From positions 312,207,644 to 312,271,643 of the forward strand of contig NC_058133.1 of the NCBI RefSeq assembly GCF_016433145.1: a stretch of 64,000 nt of DNA. Reading direction: 5' to 3'. The position numbers and the translations under genes were made by a program. How positions within the stretch are numbered: position 1 is the first letter of the stretch; the number at the start of each line of letters is the position of its first letter. Below the pieces are notes generated by a model. It ran no database searches and had not been told where the DNA came from. It worked only from the letters and a program-made list of their open reading frames with translations. Shown here piece by piece: positions 1-12,920 of the stretch. This DNA is from Gracilinanus agilis (lineage: Eukaryota).

Positions 1-249
1 CTTTCTGATTTTTATCAGCGCCTATGGCTTGAGGTGAGAGGGAAAAAGAAGAACTGGAAGAGGAAGGCACTCTACCAGTTCTTTTGACCATTTTAGGTTC
101 ATTCTTTTGAGTCAGTATTAAGCCCTCTGAAATATCCACCTTGCCACCATGACCCACCCCCACATTCTTTTGCTTCTCATTCTCAAATTCTTTCATCTCT
201 CATTTTCTCATTTTTGTTTTTAATTCAGAATCCCTGGGTTGAAGGCTTT

Positions 250-415
250 CCTCTGCCATCTGTGACCACGGACAAGTTATTTAACCTCCATGAGCACCAA
301 TTTTCCTCATCAGTAAATGAGAATTAATAAGACTTGTACTTTCTACTCACCTCATGGGGAAACTGGGAAGGTACAATGAGATAATGTGTATAAAACACTT
401 TACAAATGATAATGC
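250..415 (+). mobile_element. MIR (CORE-SINE) fragment
   Basis: Degenerate MIR core: tgtgacc..gacaagttatttaacctc..ttttcctcatc.gtaaatg..tgagataatg..taaaacacttt. Confidence 0.65.
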
Positions 416-429
416 ATTCTGGCCATTTT

Positions 430-650
430 GAAAAGACCTGTGATTTTACCAACATGAGGGGCTCCTGTTGAGGATATGGGTCTACTAGGAAAGTTCACCA
501 TTTTTTCTGTATTCTAGAGACTTAGCAAGTGGCCTCAAAGCACTGAAAAGTGAAGTGATTAGCTCAGAGTCACATAGCCAGTCTGGACCATAGCTAGTTT
601 TGAGTGCAGACCTTTCAAACTCTCAGGCCAGCTATCTACATCATGATGTA
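430..650 (-). mobile_element. Marsupial CORE-SINE (MdoRep1/MIR-Mars-like), antisense
   Basis: Antisense of the element seen at 17560, 20600 and 62440: tgtgattttacc..gcactgaaaagtgaagtgattagctcagagtcacatagcc. Confidence 0.45.
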
Positions 651-3135
651 ATTTTGTATAAACTTTTTTTTGGGGGGGGGGCTCAAATCCAGAAATGCCA
701 TTTTATGGGTTATCAAAAGCATTGATTATATAGCTAGCTCTGTAAAATCCAGGATCTATGCTAAGTTAAACCATGAACTTTTTAATTCCTAGAGAATATT
801 TCTTAAGGAAAGTTTGTCTGCTTAAAAGTAGAAAACAATGACAAAAATTAGCCACTTGTTAATACATACCGTTTCAGAGAAATTAGCCAGATGGTTTGGG
901 GTGTGCATGAATCATCCCTAGACAACATCCTTAGCCTATGGTCTTTGATCTTTGTATGTATCTTTCTACAGAAACAAAATCTTTCTTGGGTCCATAATTT
1001 TTGCAAAAATTCCTGGTTAGGAATTGGGTTAAATGTTTACTAGATACTACCTGAGAGATTTGGTGATGAAATTGCTTGAGTTGCTTAAGTCCTAGGTTCA
1101 AATCTCACCTCTGACATTATTAGTTCTAGGACTCAGAGTAGCCATTTGGTCTCTGCCTTTCACTACATAAATGCCATTGGTTAGGATTGGAGAGGAAATA
1201 ATTCCAATTCTTTTGTTTCCACCTCCCAAATCCTTTCTGTGACAGAAATATTCATTTCAACTCAGGAGGAAACTAGCACTGTCTCATTATTTGTTAAGAC
1301 TGAGGTCATCCTAGAACTATAACAGATTTACTGGTGGTAACCCCCAGACTAGTTTGTCTTTCTCAGCTTGGTCCTGCTCCATATCTAGCCTCTGAATCAC
1401 ACTGGTATCCTCAGTAGATTATGAGTTGATCTAGCTTCTGCGAACAGAATTAAAGGAAATTTTTTTTCTTCTTGACAATATAACTCCGTGTGGAAAGGGT
1501 ACATATTATTTTTAGATTTACAGGTCTTAAAAGAGAGATGCGTGATAAATATTAGAATAGTATTTGTACTACTTACTTTTAATTTGTGTACTCTGCAAGA
1601 ATATTATTATTTTGTTTTTCAATGATGAGAAAAATCTCTCCCGGGTTTTCATTAATCTATGTGTTTATGCTGCCACATTTCCCAGATATTTCATGTCCTG
1701 TAGTTCCATCCCTTCATCCCCAGTTTTCATTTTTTCACATCCTACTTCAAGTTGTCAGATTCAGTGAAGCAAATCTTACACTTCTTTTCTTTACATGCAC
1801 CAAGTAATTTTCCCTTCCTTTTGTTCTTCAGTTTTTACCCTTTCTGACTCCTTGAACAACTTTTCTTGATTAATTAGTGTCTGCTTTGGCAATCCTGACT
1901 TTTCTCACTCAGTTTCCTTCAACTCTGTCTTAGGCTTCTTAATTTTGTCCTCAACAATATAGTTCAGATGAGAGCGGAGGGAGTCGGCCACCCAGAGACT
2001 AAGTAATGCCCAATTATATTTTTACAGGATTTTAGCAAATGAATTCATTTTAACAACACAGAATCTGCTTCATTGTGCTACAACTCTAGTCAATTATTAA
2101 AGATACAGGTGTTTGGAACTGATGAATAAATATCAGTGCATGAATCTTATGCTTATAAACATAGCATTTTATTTAGCCAGTTCTCAAGTGTCATATATAA
2201 CTTTCTCTTTTACTGTGTTAATATGTAAAATAGTTGAATGCTTTCTGAGGAAATTCATTTATCAAAGTGAATTAAAATATTCCTGAAAAAATATTTTCAA
2301 ATTCCTAACTTCTAAAATTTTAGAAGGCAAAGTAACTTTTTCTAAAGATGATAGTGGAAATCATGGACTTACATAGGTGACATTGAAATAATGTGAAAGA
2401 GTTTGTGGAAAATTTTGTTAACATGAACATACGTGGGTGCTATGTACAATGTTTTGGACATCCTTGATGCTACCATAAACATTTATTGATTGAATAGAAA
2501 TTGAAACAAGCACATTGTTTTACGAAATCTCCCAAAAGAAGAAAAATAAATACTTCTGAGAGCTTTACTAGAGACAGTGCCCTCCAAAAGTATATCTAAA
2601 ATATAATTTATAAGCAGGCAATATGAGGATTGTTTGACATAAAACCTTCTCATTTATTGTAAATCAGCCAAAAAAACCTATAATATGATGACTAAAACTC
2701 AGTTACCACGCATATTCTTTAATGTTATATTATGATACTTTTCTTTATTACTTTAATCAACTTAGAATTCCACTCTGTTGCTTTAAGAGTTGGCAATACA
2801 TCTGAATAAAAATGTATTCTTATTATAATGTAATTGGTGAGTTAATTCAGTTATATATCCAATCACAAAGAGCAATGGGTAGTGAGAGTTAGATTAGATT
2901 TGAAACTGCTGCCTATAGTTTTATCAAAACCTTACCACCAAAATGGTCTCTGGTATGGGAAACATTTCCATTCCAGGTATAATTACAATTAACAAATTGA
3001 TCCTTTAACTGTTTATATCATTGGAATCACAAAAGTCATGGAATTTTTTTTTAATTTAAGGAGTCCCTACCGAGACTTAAAGAGACTATCTATTGAACCT
3101 CCTTATTTTATAGTCATTATGATATTCCCCATGTA

Positions 3136-3384
3136 GGAGGTAGTAAGCTGTGGTTCAGTGGATAGAGTTCTGGGTCTGGCATCAGGAAGACCTCTGAGTT
3201 CAAATTCAGTCTCAGACACATAATAACCTCTAATTGCCAGACAAAAGGGTCTACAAGATCCAATGGAGAGGGAAATAGCAAACCATTCCATTATTCTTGC
3301 CAAGAAGAGCCCATGATAGATATAGTTCTTGGGATCACAAAGGGTCAGACATGACTGTATTCAGTTATGACTGAACAACAACAA
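3136..3384 (+). mobile_element. Mar1-type SINE
   Basis: tRNA-like head (cagtggatagag..gagttcaaattc) and RTE-like tail (ggagagggaaatagcaaaccattcc..cttgccaagaa..gactgaacaacaacaa). Confidence 0.75.
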
Positions 3385-3669
3385 TGACCAAGTCCCACCT
3401 ACTTACCCTGTGAAGTTTTCTGTGACTATGACAATCAAAAATGATCTCTTTGTCTCCTGAACTCATACGACTAACTGTCCACATCACTCATTTTATCATA
3501 TTTAATGATTTAATCATATAACTTTATATTATTGGAGAAGTATTTCATGAGAATGTGTCTTGGCTTTTCAATAAGCTCCTTAAAAGGTTAGAGGTCATTT
3601 TTTTTGTTTTTTTTTTTCTATTTGTTTCATCACTGAGTCATAAATACCATGTATAAAAAATACTAAAGG

Positions 3670-3899
3670 GGGGGCAGCTGGGTAGCTCAGTGGATTGAGA
3701 GCCAGGTCTAGAGACTGGGAGGTCCTAGGTTCAAATCTGACCTCAGACACTTCCCAGCTGTGTGGCCCTGGGCAAGTCACTTGACCCCCATTGCCTAGCC
3801 CTTACCACTCTTCTGCCTTGGAGCCAATACTCAGTATTGCCTCCAAGACGGAAGGTAAGGGTTTTTAAAAAATAAAAAAATAAAAAATAAATAAAAAAT
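3670..3899 (+). mobile_element. SINE1_Mdo-like SINE, full length, young
   Basis: gggcagctgggtagctcagtggattgagagcc..ggttcaaatc..gaaggtaagggttt plus A-rich tail; TSD AAAATACTAAAGG at 3657-3669 and 3900-3912. Confidence 0.95.
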
Positions 3900-6689
3900 A
3901 AAATACTAAAGGAACAACAACAATAACAAAAAAGAACAAATGCACCAAATGTGTTATTTAGAATAGAATAGGATCATTTAAAATAATAATCCAAGCTAGT
4001 GGATCCAGAAATTCCAAATTTCAAATTTTTTCTCTATTTGTGGTATGTAAACAAAAGTTATCATAGCAATTTCCCTCAGTAATAGAAGTACAAGATAGTT
4101 CATGTCAACATTTTGTGTTTTTAAAAGTAACTATTTTTTTAAAATCACATTAGGAGTTTTAAAATAACAATTTTTCCATACCTTCAATTTTCTATGTATA
4201 ATGTGGAGACAGATAAGAATCCCTGAGTTATAGACAATTTTTAGAATTTCCATAATTATGTAAGAATGGGAGATGCCTGGAAATTTTAATGTAACAGTCT
4301 TTTCATTAATGTCAAGGCTTTTGAGACAGCCATTTGCAAACTTCAACTGAAGTGTGATCTAACTAATGTGGGAACTTCCTCAATGGTACATGTTACAATC
4401 CATCCATGCAATCTTATCCTGTGCTAATTCGTTCAAGACCTCCTATAAATTCTCTAGAAGGGATCCACTCCTTGAATTAGGTGATTTCCTTTAGTTCTCT
4501 TGACATTGCATATGGACATATGGGCTCTTATTTGGTTATCCCTTACTTTTGCCATACGGTGGATTCATCTTCTTTTCTGGTCACTCAGTTTCTTTTATGA
4601 CATCTTTATATCACTTCTGCATAATTTTCCATTATGTAGACTTGCATGCTATTATTTTGCCCTTTGAGAGATCCAGAACTATAATTCTTTAAAGTCTGTC
4701 ATATTCTATTAGTAATATTTGAAAGATGAACCCTTGATTCAAGAGGAAGCTTTGGGTTATTAAAAGTATTGAATATTTTTCCAGATATAATCCAGTGTAC
4801 TTTGTCCCTTCAATTCATTTCTAGGCCTAATTCAGTGTCTTTTTGAAATATGTATTCATGACATAATGGATCAATTCTGTGTGTTTTTCTATATCAGTGA
4901 ATTCCAGACAATAGTCATCCTTCATCCATTTAGTTTTTGCAGTGTGGATAATTTGGCCAATTCTTTTGAGTGATTTTGTATTTCACTCAAATACAAGCTC
5001 TGAAATATCCAGGGAATTAATGTAAGTTAGTATCATCCAGAACATCAGAAGAACTTCATTATCCAAAGGTATACACTCTTCGATTTGAGATCTGTGAGAC
5101 ACCCTCCATGACAAACAGCAACAAACAACTTGTTTTGAGCATATGTCTCCATTTCATATCTTATTTGGCCTTAATAGTCAAATTCTTTGTTATCAAAATT
5201 TGGCAAATGTTTGGAAGGCATCTTTGTAGAATGAGAATTAAATAAAATGATGCATTTAAATAGCATTATAAAACTTAAAATGTTATGTTTCTTATTATCA
5301 ATAACAATATTACCAAATTACCAAATGCCTTTTATATTCAAGAAACTAAATACAATGGGATGTTTTATTCACTACAACTTTTAGTAAATTATGTGATCAA
5401 AATAATATGCTTTGTGGTCATATTTCCTTTGTGAAACCAGGCCTAATTCCTGGATAAGTGTTCATGAAAGTTCTTTTATAATTACATATAGACTACTCTT
5501 ACAAAGACTTCATAGAGAGGGGAAAAGGCCTATGGGTTGGTAGCAATTGATGTTTTCTCAGCCAATATTTTTCCCAAACACTTAGTATTATTCTCTTAGT
5601 TTTTGAGAATTAATCTCTCAATATATTCAAAAGGGTATTGCTTCCAAGATGGACATCCTTTGTATATAACTGACTTAGATCTAGTCTAACTGCTTTACTA
5701 ACCTTTTATTTATCTTCATTTTCATTTTTACTTCTTCGTATAGTACATTGGATTTATTTGTTGTCACTTATAAAGAAAAGAACTTGTTTTAGAAATCTTT
5801 TTAAAACTTACATTTTTTTTCCATTTTTTCTTTTCCTCTTTCCAGTTTTATCTTGAAATGTTCTTCAAATGAGTTTTTGTTTTTTTTGTAAATATTTTTC
5901 CCTCCACTGATTTCTTGTTCACTGTTATATGAGGTAATATTCCCATCATACGTCTCCAGAAGAGCTTATAAATAAATTCATATTCCAAACCAGTTTCTCT
6001 CTGATTGTCATACCTCTGTAGCTGATAGAGTATTGCTAGTTGGTGTGATTTCTAGGCCTTTTCGAACTCTTTGCTTTGGTGGTTGATATGAATTGGTTAA
6101 ACCTTTTTGGGACATAGAATCTGTTAACATAGTCTTTTATTCATTTCCCATTTTTACATAATAACAGCTTGTTTAAAAAGGTAAGATTGGGCTTGTCTTA
6201 GCTGGCATCATGTCTTCTCATTTTTATTCATCTGTTTAATTTCTTATTTATGTGGATCTTAGTTTTAGCAAATTGGTAGCTTAGTTTAGCAAATCTGTAC
6301 TGATTGTATACCAACACAGAAGCTGATTCAGAAATGACTTCCACATTTGTAACAAGTCATTTCTTATCTGTTAAAATAGAATCACTTTCATTTTTCTGAT
6401 TCGATTAGTTACTTTCTGTGTCCAGTGCTCCTGAATACTCTTTTTGAACAAAGTATTCACAATATCGCTATCCATATTCACAAAGTATTCCACGATTATA
6501 ACAAAGTATAACCTACAAGTATAATCTCTGTCTTTTGCCTTTGTTGTTACTCCTGAACTGTATTTTCCAACATTTTTGCCATCTTCCTCCATACTCATTT
6601 TTGTATTGCAGTTGCAGTTCAATTTTGGACCCACTGAATTTGATATGGTGGCATAACATCCAAGTGAAAAAATATTTTTGACAACTTGA

Positions 6690-7000
6690 GACATAGGAAT
6701 TGAACTCTAGTGAGAGGTCAGAGCTGGTGATATAGATTTAAGAACTATGAGCATAAAAGTGATAGTTGATACCATGAAATAGACTCAGTTCACTGAGAAA
6801 AAGTATAGCAAGAAATCCTAAATTTAAGTATCGAGTCTTAGAAAATGTTTGTAGTTATAACTGAGATGAAGAAAAGAAGCAACCAACAAGATTTTTACAA
6901 AATAATCAGAGCTAGAACGAAAACTAAGAAAATGTAGTACTAAGGAAGAATTTTTAAGAAAATTTGAGTATTCAATAACATCAATTCTATAGAAAAATTT
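6690..7000 (+). mobile_element. L2 LINE fragment
   Basis: Purine-rich L2-type text (gagaggtcagagctggtgatatagatttaagaact..tagttgataccatg); orientation uncertain. Confidence 0.5.
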
Positions 7001-7550
7001 TAAATGAAGAAATATCAAATAAGCTATTATTCTATCAAATATACAATATCAAAATATGAACATTATTGTACATATTTACCATTCTGCCAATCTTCTAGAG
7101 TCATTGGTTTTTGAAAAAAAAATTGGAACAGTTGTTTAGTGAATATTGAAAATGTTGCTTATGCCTAAAGTCTGATTTGGTATGCTTGAATATTTGAAAC
7201 TTTTAGCTTTGTTGAATTCTGCATAATTCATAGTCAACCCTGAATGCACCTCAGATGAACAAAACCTACCTTCTGTTATGTTAAGCAGTGAGGATTAAAA
7301 AAAAGAAAAGAAAAGAAAAAATTTGGATTGTTTCACTTGGATGACACTGTGTGTAGACCAGAAGAAATTAACATAATCATTTATGGTTTGATTGTGTGTT
7401 CCAGTTGACATCAAATACAGAAAGTAACCATAACTCATTGCATAAAAGATTTACTTACATATATTTTACTTACGTATTTTATAAACTTATATAGTATTTT
7501 TAACTAATCTCTGTCAAGGGAGTTTTCACATTAAGAGTTGCCCACATATT

Positions 7551-7740
7551 GGGGGGGGGCAGCTGGGTAGCTCATTGGATTGAGAGTCAGACCTAGAGAT
7601 GGGAGGTCCTAGGTTCAAATCTGGCCTCAGACACTTCCCAGCTGTGTGACCCTGGGCAAGTCATTTGACCCCCATTGCCTACCCTTACCACTCTTCTGCC
7701 TAGGAACCAATACCCAGAAGTTAAGGGTTTTAAAAAAAAA
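7551..7740 (+). mobile_element. SINE1_Mdo-like SINE (5' part of SINE-L1 chimeric insertion)
   Basis: Full SINE body with own A9 tail, directly joined to L1 ORF2 sequence at 7741. Confidence 0.93.
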
Positions 7741-7895
7741 GTTACCAAAACAAACACAGCAATTATATGAAAACTACAAAACACTTTCCAAACAAATAAA
7801 ACTGGATCTAAACAATTGGAAAGCCATTGATTGCTCATGGGTAGGACGAGCTAACATAATAAAAATGACAATTCTACCCAAATTAATTTACCTAT

Positions 7896-8053
7896 NNNNN
7901 NNNNNNNNNNNNNNNNNNNNNNNNNNNNNNNNNNNNNNNNNNNNNNNNNNNNNNNNNNNNNNNNNNNNNNNNNNNNNNNNNNNNNNNNNNNNNNNNNNNN
8001 NNNNNNNNNNNNNNNNNNNNNNNNNNNNNNNNNNNNNNNNNNNNNNNNNNNNN
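7896..8053. other. Assembly gap (N-run)
   Basis: Run of N. Confidence 1.
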
Positions 8054-8467
8054 TAAATGACATCAGCAAGACAGTGTATGATAAACCCAAAGAGCCCAAC
8101 TTTTGGGACATGAATCCACTATTTGACAAAAACTGCTGGGAAATTTGGAAAACAATATGGGAGAGATTAGGTCTAGATCAACATCTCACACCCTACACCA
8201 AGATAAATTCAGAATGGGTGAATGACTTGAATATAAAGAGGGAAACTATAAATAAGTTAAGTGAACACAGAATAGTATACTTGTCAGATCTCTGGGAAAG
8301 GAAAGATTTTAAAACCAAGCAAGAGTTAGAGAAAATTACAAAATGTAAATTAAATGGTTTTGATTATATTAAACTAAAAAGCTTTTGTACAAACAAAAAC
8401 AATGTAGTCAAAATCAGAAGGGAAACAACAAATTGGGAAAAAATCTTTATAACAAAAAACTCTGACA

Positions 8468-8567
8468 NNNNNNNNNNNNNNNNNNNNNNNNNNNNNNNNN
8501 NNNNNNNNNNNNNNNNNNNNNNNNNNNNNNNNNNNNNNNNNNNNNNNNNNNNNNNNNNNNNNNNNNN
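8468..8567. other. Assembly gap (100 N) with overlapping contig ends
   Basis: Run of 100 N; about 80 bp before the gap is repeated after it. Confidence 1.
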
Positions 8568-11221
8568 CTTTTGTACAAACAAAAACAATGTAGTCAAAAT
8601 CAGAAGGGAAACAAATTGGTAAAAAATCTTTATAACGAAAAACTCTGACAGGGGTCTAATTACTCAAGTATACAAGGAATTAAATCAATTGTATAAAAAA
8701 TCAAGCCATTCCCCAATTGATAAATGGGCAAGAGACATGAATAGGCAATTTTCAGGTAAAGAAATCAAAAGTATCAATAAGCACATGAGAAAGTGTTCCA
8801 AATCTCTAATAATTAGAGAAATGCAAATCAAAACAACTCTGAGGTATCACCTCACACCTAGCAGATTGGCTAAAATGAAAGAAGGGGAGAGTAATGAATG
8901 CTGGAGGGGATGTGGCAAAATTGGGACATTAATGCATTGCTGGTGGAGCTGTGAACTGATCCAGCCATTCTGGCTGGCAATTTGGAATCATGCTCAAAGG
9001 GCTATAAAAGAATGCCTGCCCTTTGATCCAGCCATACCATTGCTGGGTTTGTACCCCAAAGAGATCATAGATAAACAGACTTGTACGAAAATATTTATAG
9101 CTGCCCTTTTTGTGGTGGCAACAAATTGGAAAAGGAGGGTATGTCCTTCAATTGGGGAATGGCTGAACAAACTGTGGTATATGTGGGTGATGGAATACTA
9201 TTGTGCTAAACTGGAGGAGTTCCAGGCCAACTGGAAAGACCTCCAGGAACAGATGCAGAGCGAAAGGAGCAGAGCCAGAAGAACATTGTACACAGAGACT
9301 GATATACTATGGTAAAATTTAATGTAATGGACCTCTGTACCAGCAGCAATACAATGACCCAGGACAATTCTGAGGGATTCATGGTAAAGAACGCTACCCA
9401 CATTCAGAGGAAGGACTGCAGGAGAGGAGACATATAAGAAAAACAACTGCTTGAACGCATGATTGAGGGTGTGGACTCGAAACTACCACACCAATGCAAC
9501 TACCAACAATTTGGAAATTGGTCTTGATCAAGGACATATGGCAAAACTAGTGGAAATGTGCGTTGGCCATGGGTGGGGGGAGTTCTGGGAGTGAAGGGGA
9601 AAGGAGGAACATGAATCATGTAACCATGTTAAAATGAATATTAATAAATGTTTAAAAAAAAGAGTTGCCCACATAGATGAAATCTTAGGTTCAGACTCCA
9701 TTCTACTCTATCCAGATTATTTATGACATCAGAGGAAAAGTAAAATACTATTAGATAGTGAAAATATGCATGTTTATTAGAAAAGAACCTGTCTCTGCAT
9801 GGTTGTGAAGCATATTTTGGGGGAAATTCAAAGTTCAATTCTCTAGATATTGTTCTGCACTGATCCATAAATTTATGGAAATAGCCAGATATTTAATTTT
9901 ATATAGCTTATCTATCTGAACAATTGACCAAATTTTTCAGTCCAGATGGCAGAGTAGATATTATAGATTGACTCTTAGAATTAAGGTGATAATGGCAACA
10001 ATAATTTGGAGGAGAAATTTAGAGAGCTACACCAAAAACTCTTTCTTGTTCCTTACAGGATCAGCACAGCTGGTAAGCAAGGTCAGCTACCCCAATTAAC
10101 CTAATGCCCCTGGATGAATAAATGACCATATCTTACCAGGTGTTCAGATCAATTTAAAACACTAAGGTAGCATGGGAAAATCTCCCATGGTTTTGTTTCA
10201 CAATCCAAAAAGTTCCATGAAGAAAAATATAACAAAAGAAATGCTTCACATAGCAATTCTCTGTTTTGTTCTCTGTGATGATTACACACAGAGAACCATC
10301 AGAGACTAGTATAAAAAAATCTTATGTTGTTCATCTTTTGGTCACTAAATGAATCCTATAATATACAGTACATAGTTGCTGATCTGCCTTGGCAATAAAT
10401 ATGTAAAATAATGACTTTCTGTTTGTATTATTGCATTGATTCTTTCTACTCTGAATATTTTTCAGGTATACCCTCTCTCATTTTGTTAAATTGGATAAAA
10501 TCAAGTTCTTCGAAGTGACAAGAAAACAAAATCATTAATAATCAAGAGTGATACTGAAACAAATATTCACAAATCTAGTTTAAGTACCAAATTCAGGAGA
10601 CATACAAATATGATGATAAGTAGCTACAATATGAACTTCTAGTAATCCTGATATACTTTGTTACCACAATAAAAAAATTCTGTGGTTCTGACATAATTAT
10701 AAAGTTATTTATAGGCAAAACAAGGAATCTACTAGCAGAGTCCTCAAACTGTTGAGCAAAAGTGTGATATGTTGAATACTTCTCCCCAAATACTGATTTG
10801 TAAAAGAAAAGGCAAAATCACAATTATCATTAAGCCTCTACTAAGCTGAGCATTGCGACTAATATCATTCCCAACATTCCCAATTATAAAACACATGATA
10901 CCGCTCTCATCCTTTTCACTAAGAATAGTGATTGCATTATTGTTAGCCCTGAAATAAAGTTGACTTGAAAATATAACATTTTGAAATGTATCCTAATCTG
11001 AGTTTAGTTGATATAATTAGTAGAACACATTTACAAAAGACTTTTTCAAAAGATTATACTACAAAGGTTCCCAAAGAAGTTTAGTTTAAAGTGAAGAATT
11101 CTACTTCAGCTCTAAGGAGCTGTAGACTATTTTGCACCTTTGTTGGAGTTAGTGCTATGCATAATATAAATGTTTCCTAATAATTAACGAGGCTATCATA
11201 CCAGGTTAACGAAACGAACCG

Positions 11222-11445
11222 TACTCCACTGGATAGAATGCTGGACCTGGAAGCAGGAAGAACTGAGTTCAAATCATGCTTCAGGTACTGACTAGTTGTG
11301 TGATCCTAAGCAAGACACTAAAATATTAATCTATAAAAAATTTGGATAATAATAGCACCTTATTAGCTAGGGCTCTTATGAATATCAAATAGATAATATT
11401 TGTAAAGTCTTTTGCAAACCTTAAATTGTGGTATATATGTTAGCT
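11222..11445 (+). mobile_element. MIR SINE
   Basis: tggatagaatgctggacctggaagcaggaagaactgagttcaaatc..tgtgtgatcctaagcaag..ataatagcacc..tgtaaagtcttttgcaaaccttaa. Confidence 0.75.
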
Positions 11446-11979
11446 CTAATTATTATCATTATTATTCCTAATAAAATGGGGAGTGAAACCTTAGATTCAA
11501 TACAATTCTTCTCTGCTTTATCAAGGGTCGCTTATCTAAGGATTCATTTTATTGAGCTTTAATTTTTTCTCCTTGGTCTAAATAGAAACTTAGCTCTGAG
11601 AAAACATGTTCAGCTTTGAAATAGAATGTATTAATTCACTGCATTATTTCGTTGTTAAATTTTGGAGCGTATTTAATCCAACTTAAGCCTTACCATGAAG
11701 CAAGCATCTTTTTATTGCTATCCCACAGGCTTCACCATCTTCATAGGTAGCTTTTCACTTACTGCAAATCAAAACTAGTTTTCCTCATTTTCAAATAAGA
11801 GGTAATGTGGTATTCAAGGATAAGGAGTTGGACTTGAAGAAAATGGAGATGATTCTTTGAAGTTTGCCTAGATTAGTGTTAGCTGGGTTTTTTGGAGCCG
11901 AGGGTCTGATCTGTTTGTTCTCCATTTTATTTATATCAGGTCACCTCTAGGTCTAGATAAATGCATACATGTTGATAGG

Positions 11980-12070
11980 GAGGAAGGGAAGGAGGGAGAG
12001 AGAGAGAGAAGAGAGAGAGAGATGGAAAAAGAGAGAGAGAGAAGCAGAGAGAGAGAAATAGAGAGAGAAG
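11980..12070 (+). repeat. Polypurine (GA)n/GGAA simple repeat
   Basis: gggaggaagggaaggagggagagagagagagaagagagagagagatgg... Confidence 0.9.
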
Positions 12071-12659
12071 ATTGATGGGCAGATCATTTATTAATTACAT
12101 CAAGTGGGTCATTTCCAGGGATATAAAACAAGAAAGCAACCCCCACCCTACTATTGAACTAAATTCTAATAAGGGAAGATAATATATAAAGGGGAAAGTT
12201 GAGGTAGGAACATGTGCCTACTCAGGAGCAAGGCAGCCACATAGAGGCAAATCACACTTCTACTTTAATGTACAATTTCTTTCCTGAACATTTTTTTAGT
12301 GTTCTATTTGGAAGAGATGAAAATTACTGGTAACTAGCCATCATGTCAATATCTCCACAGTAAAAACTGGGAGAGACTCACTGGATATGTCTTTGGCACA
12401 CAAAAAAAAGTCTAATCACTTTCATTCCCGAAGATAAGGATAGTTCAATATCTCTTCTCTTCCAACCACCCACCCCCCATTAATTTGATAAGGAGTAGAA
12501 CTTCAGGGCAAAGACTTAAACACAGAAGTCTTGTACATACTAGGCACTTAATACATATTTGTTGAATTGAATTGACATAAATCACGGCCCTGTCAATGTT
12601 TGGGCTGTACACATAGTCACTGAGTAAGAAATAATTATCCATTCTCATGGTAAGTATAA

Positions 12660-12920
12660 TTACTATAGTTAATAATGCCTGAAATGTATATAGTGCTTTG
12701 AAGTTATTTATATAAAAGACAAATTTCATTAGATATATTTTCTCATATGAGTCTCTTAATAAGTCTCTCAGGTAGGTCTGAAAAGTATTATATTTATTTT
12801 ATAGATAAAGAAAGTGAAATTCAAGGAAGTTAAGTATTACCCAAGATCCCATCACTAGTAAATGTTAGTTAGACTTCAGGAATTCCAATCCAGCTCCAAG
12901 TCAGCATTTTCACTGTGCCT
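12660..12920 (-). mobile_element. MIR SINE, antisense
   Basis: ttttatagataaagaaagtgaaattcaaggaagttaagtattacccaagatcccatcactagtaa. Confidence 0.65.

Larger units (their letters stand above)
7741..9659 (+). mobile_element. 5'-truncated L1 (ORF2 C-terminal half plus 3'UTR)
   Basis: ORF track peptides [74 protein letters not shown] match L1 ORF2; A-rich end; TSD AAGAGTTGCCCACATA at 7533-7548 and 9660-9675. Confidence 0.96.

Noticed and set aside
8387-8650. About 80-bp tandem duplication inside the L1
   Set aside because: The copies sit on either side of a 100-N gap, typical of unmerged overlapping contig ends.
7646-9315. Long ORFs (136, 182 and 208 aa) as host genes
   Set aside because: They are L1 ORF2 fragments, partly inflated by N-runs.
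11690-11770. Exon-like sites on both strands (18-nt plus-strand micro-exon; minus-strand 68-nt segment)
   Set aside because: The plus-strand donor (gtagct) is weak and the minus-strand segment is closed in all frames; consistent with chance.
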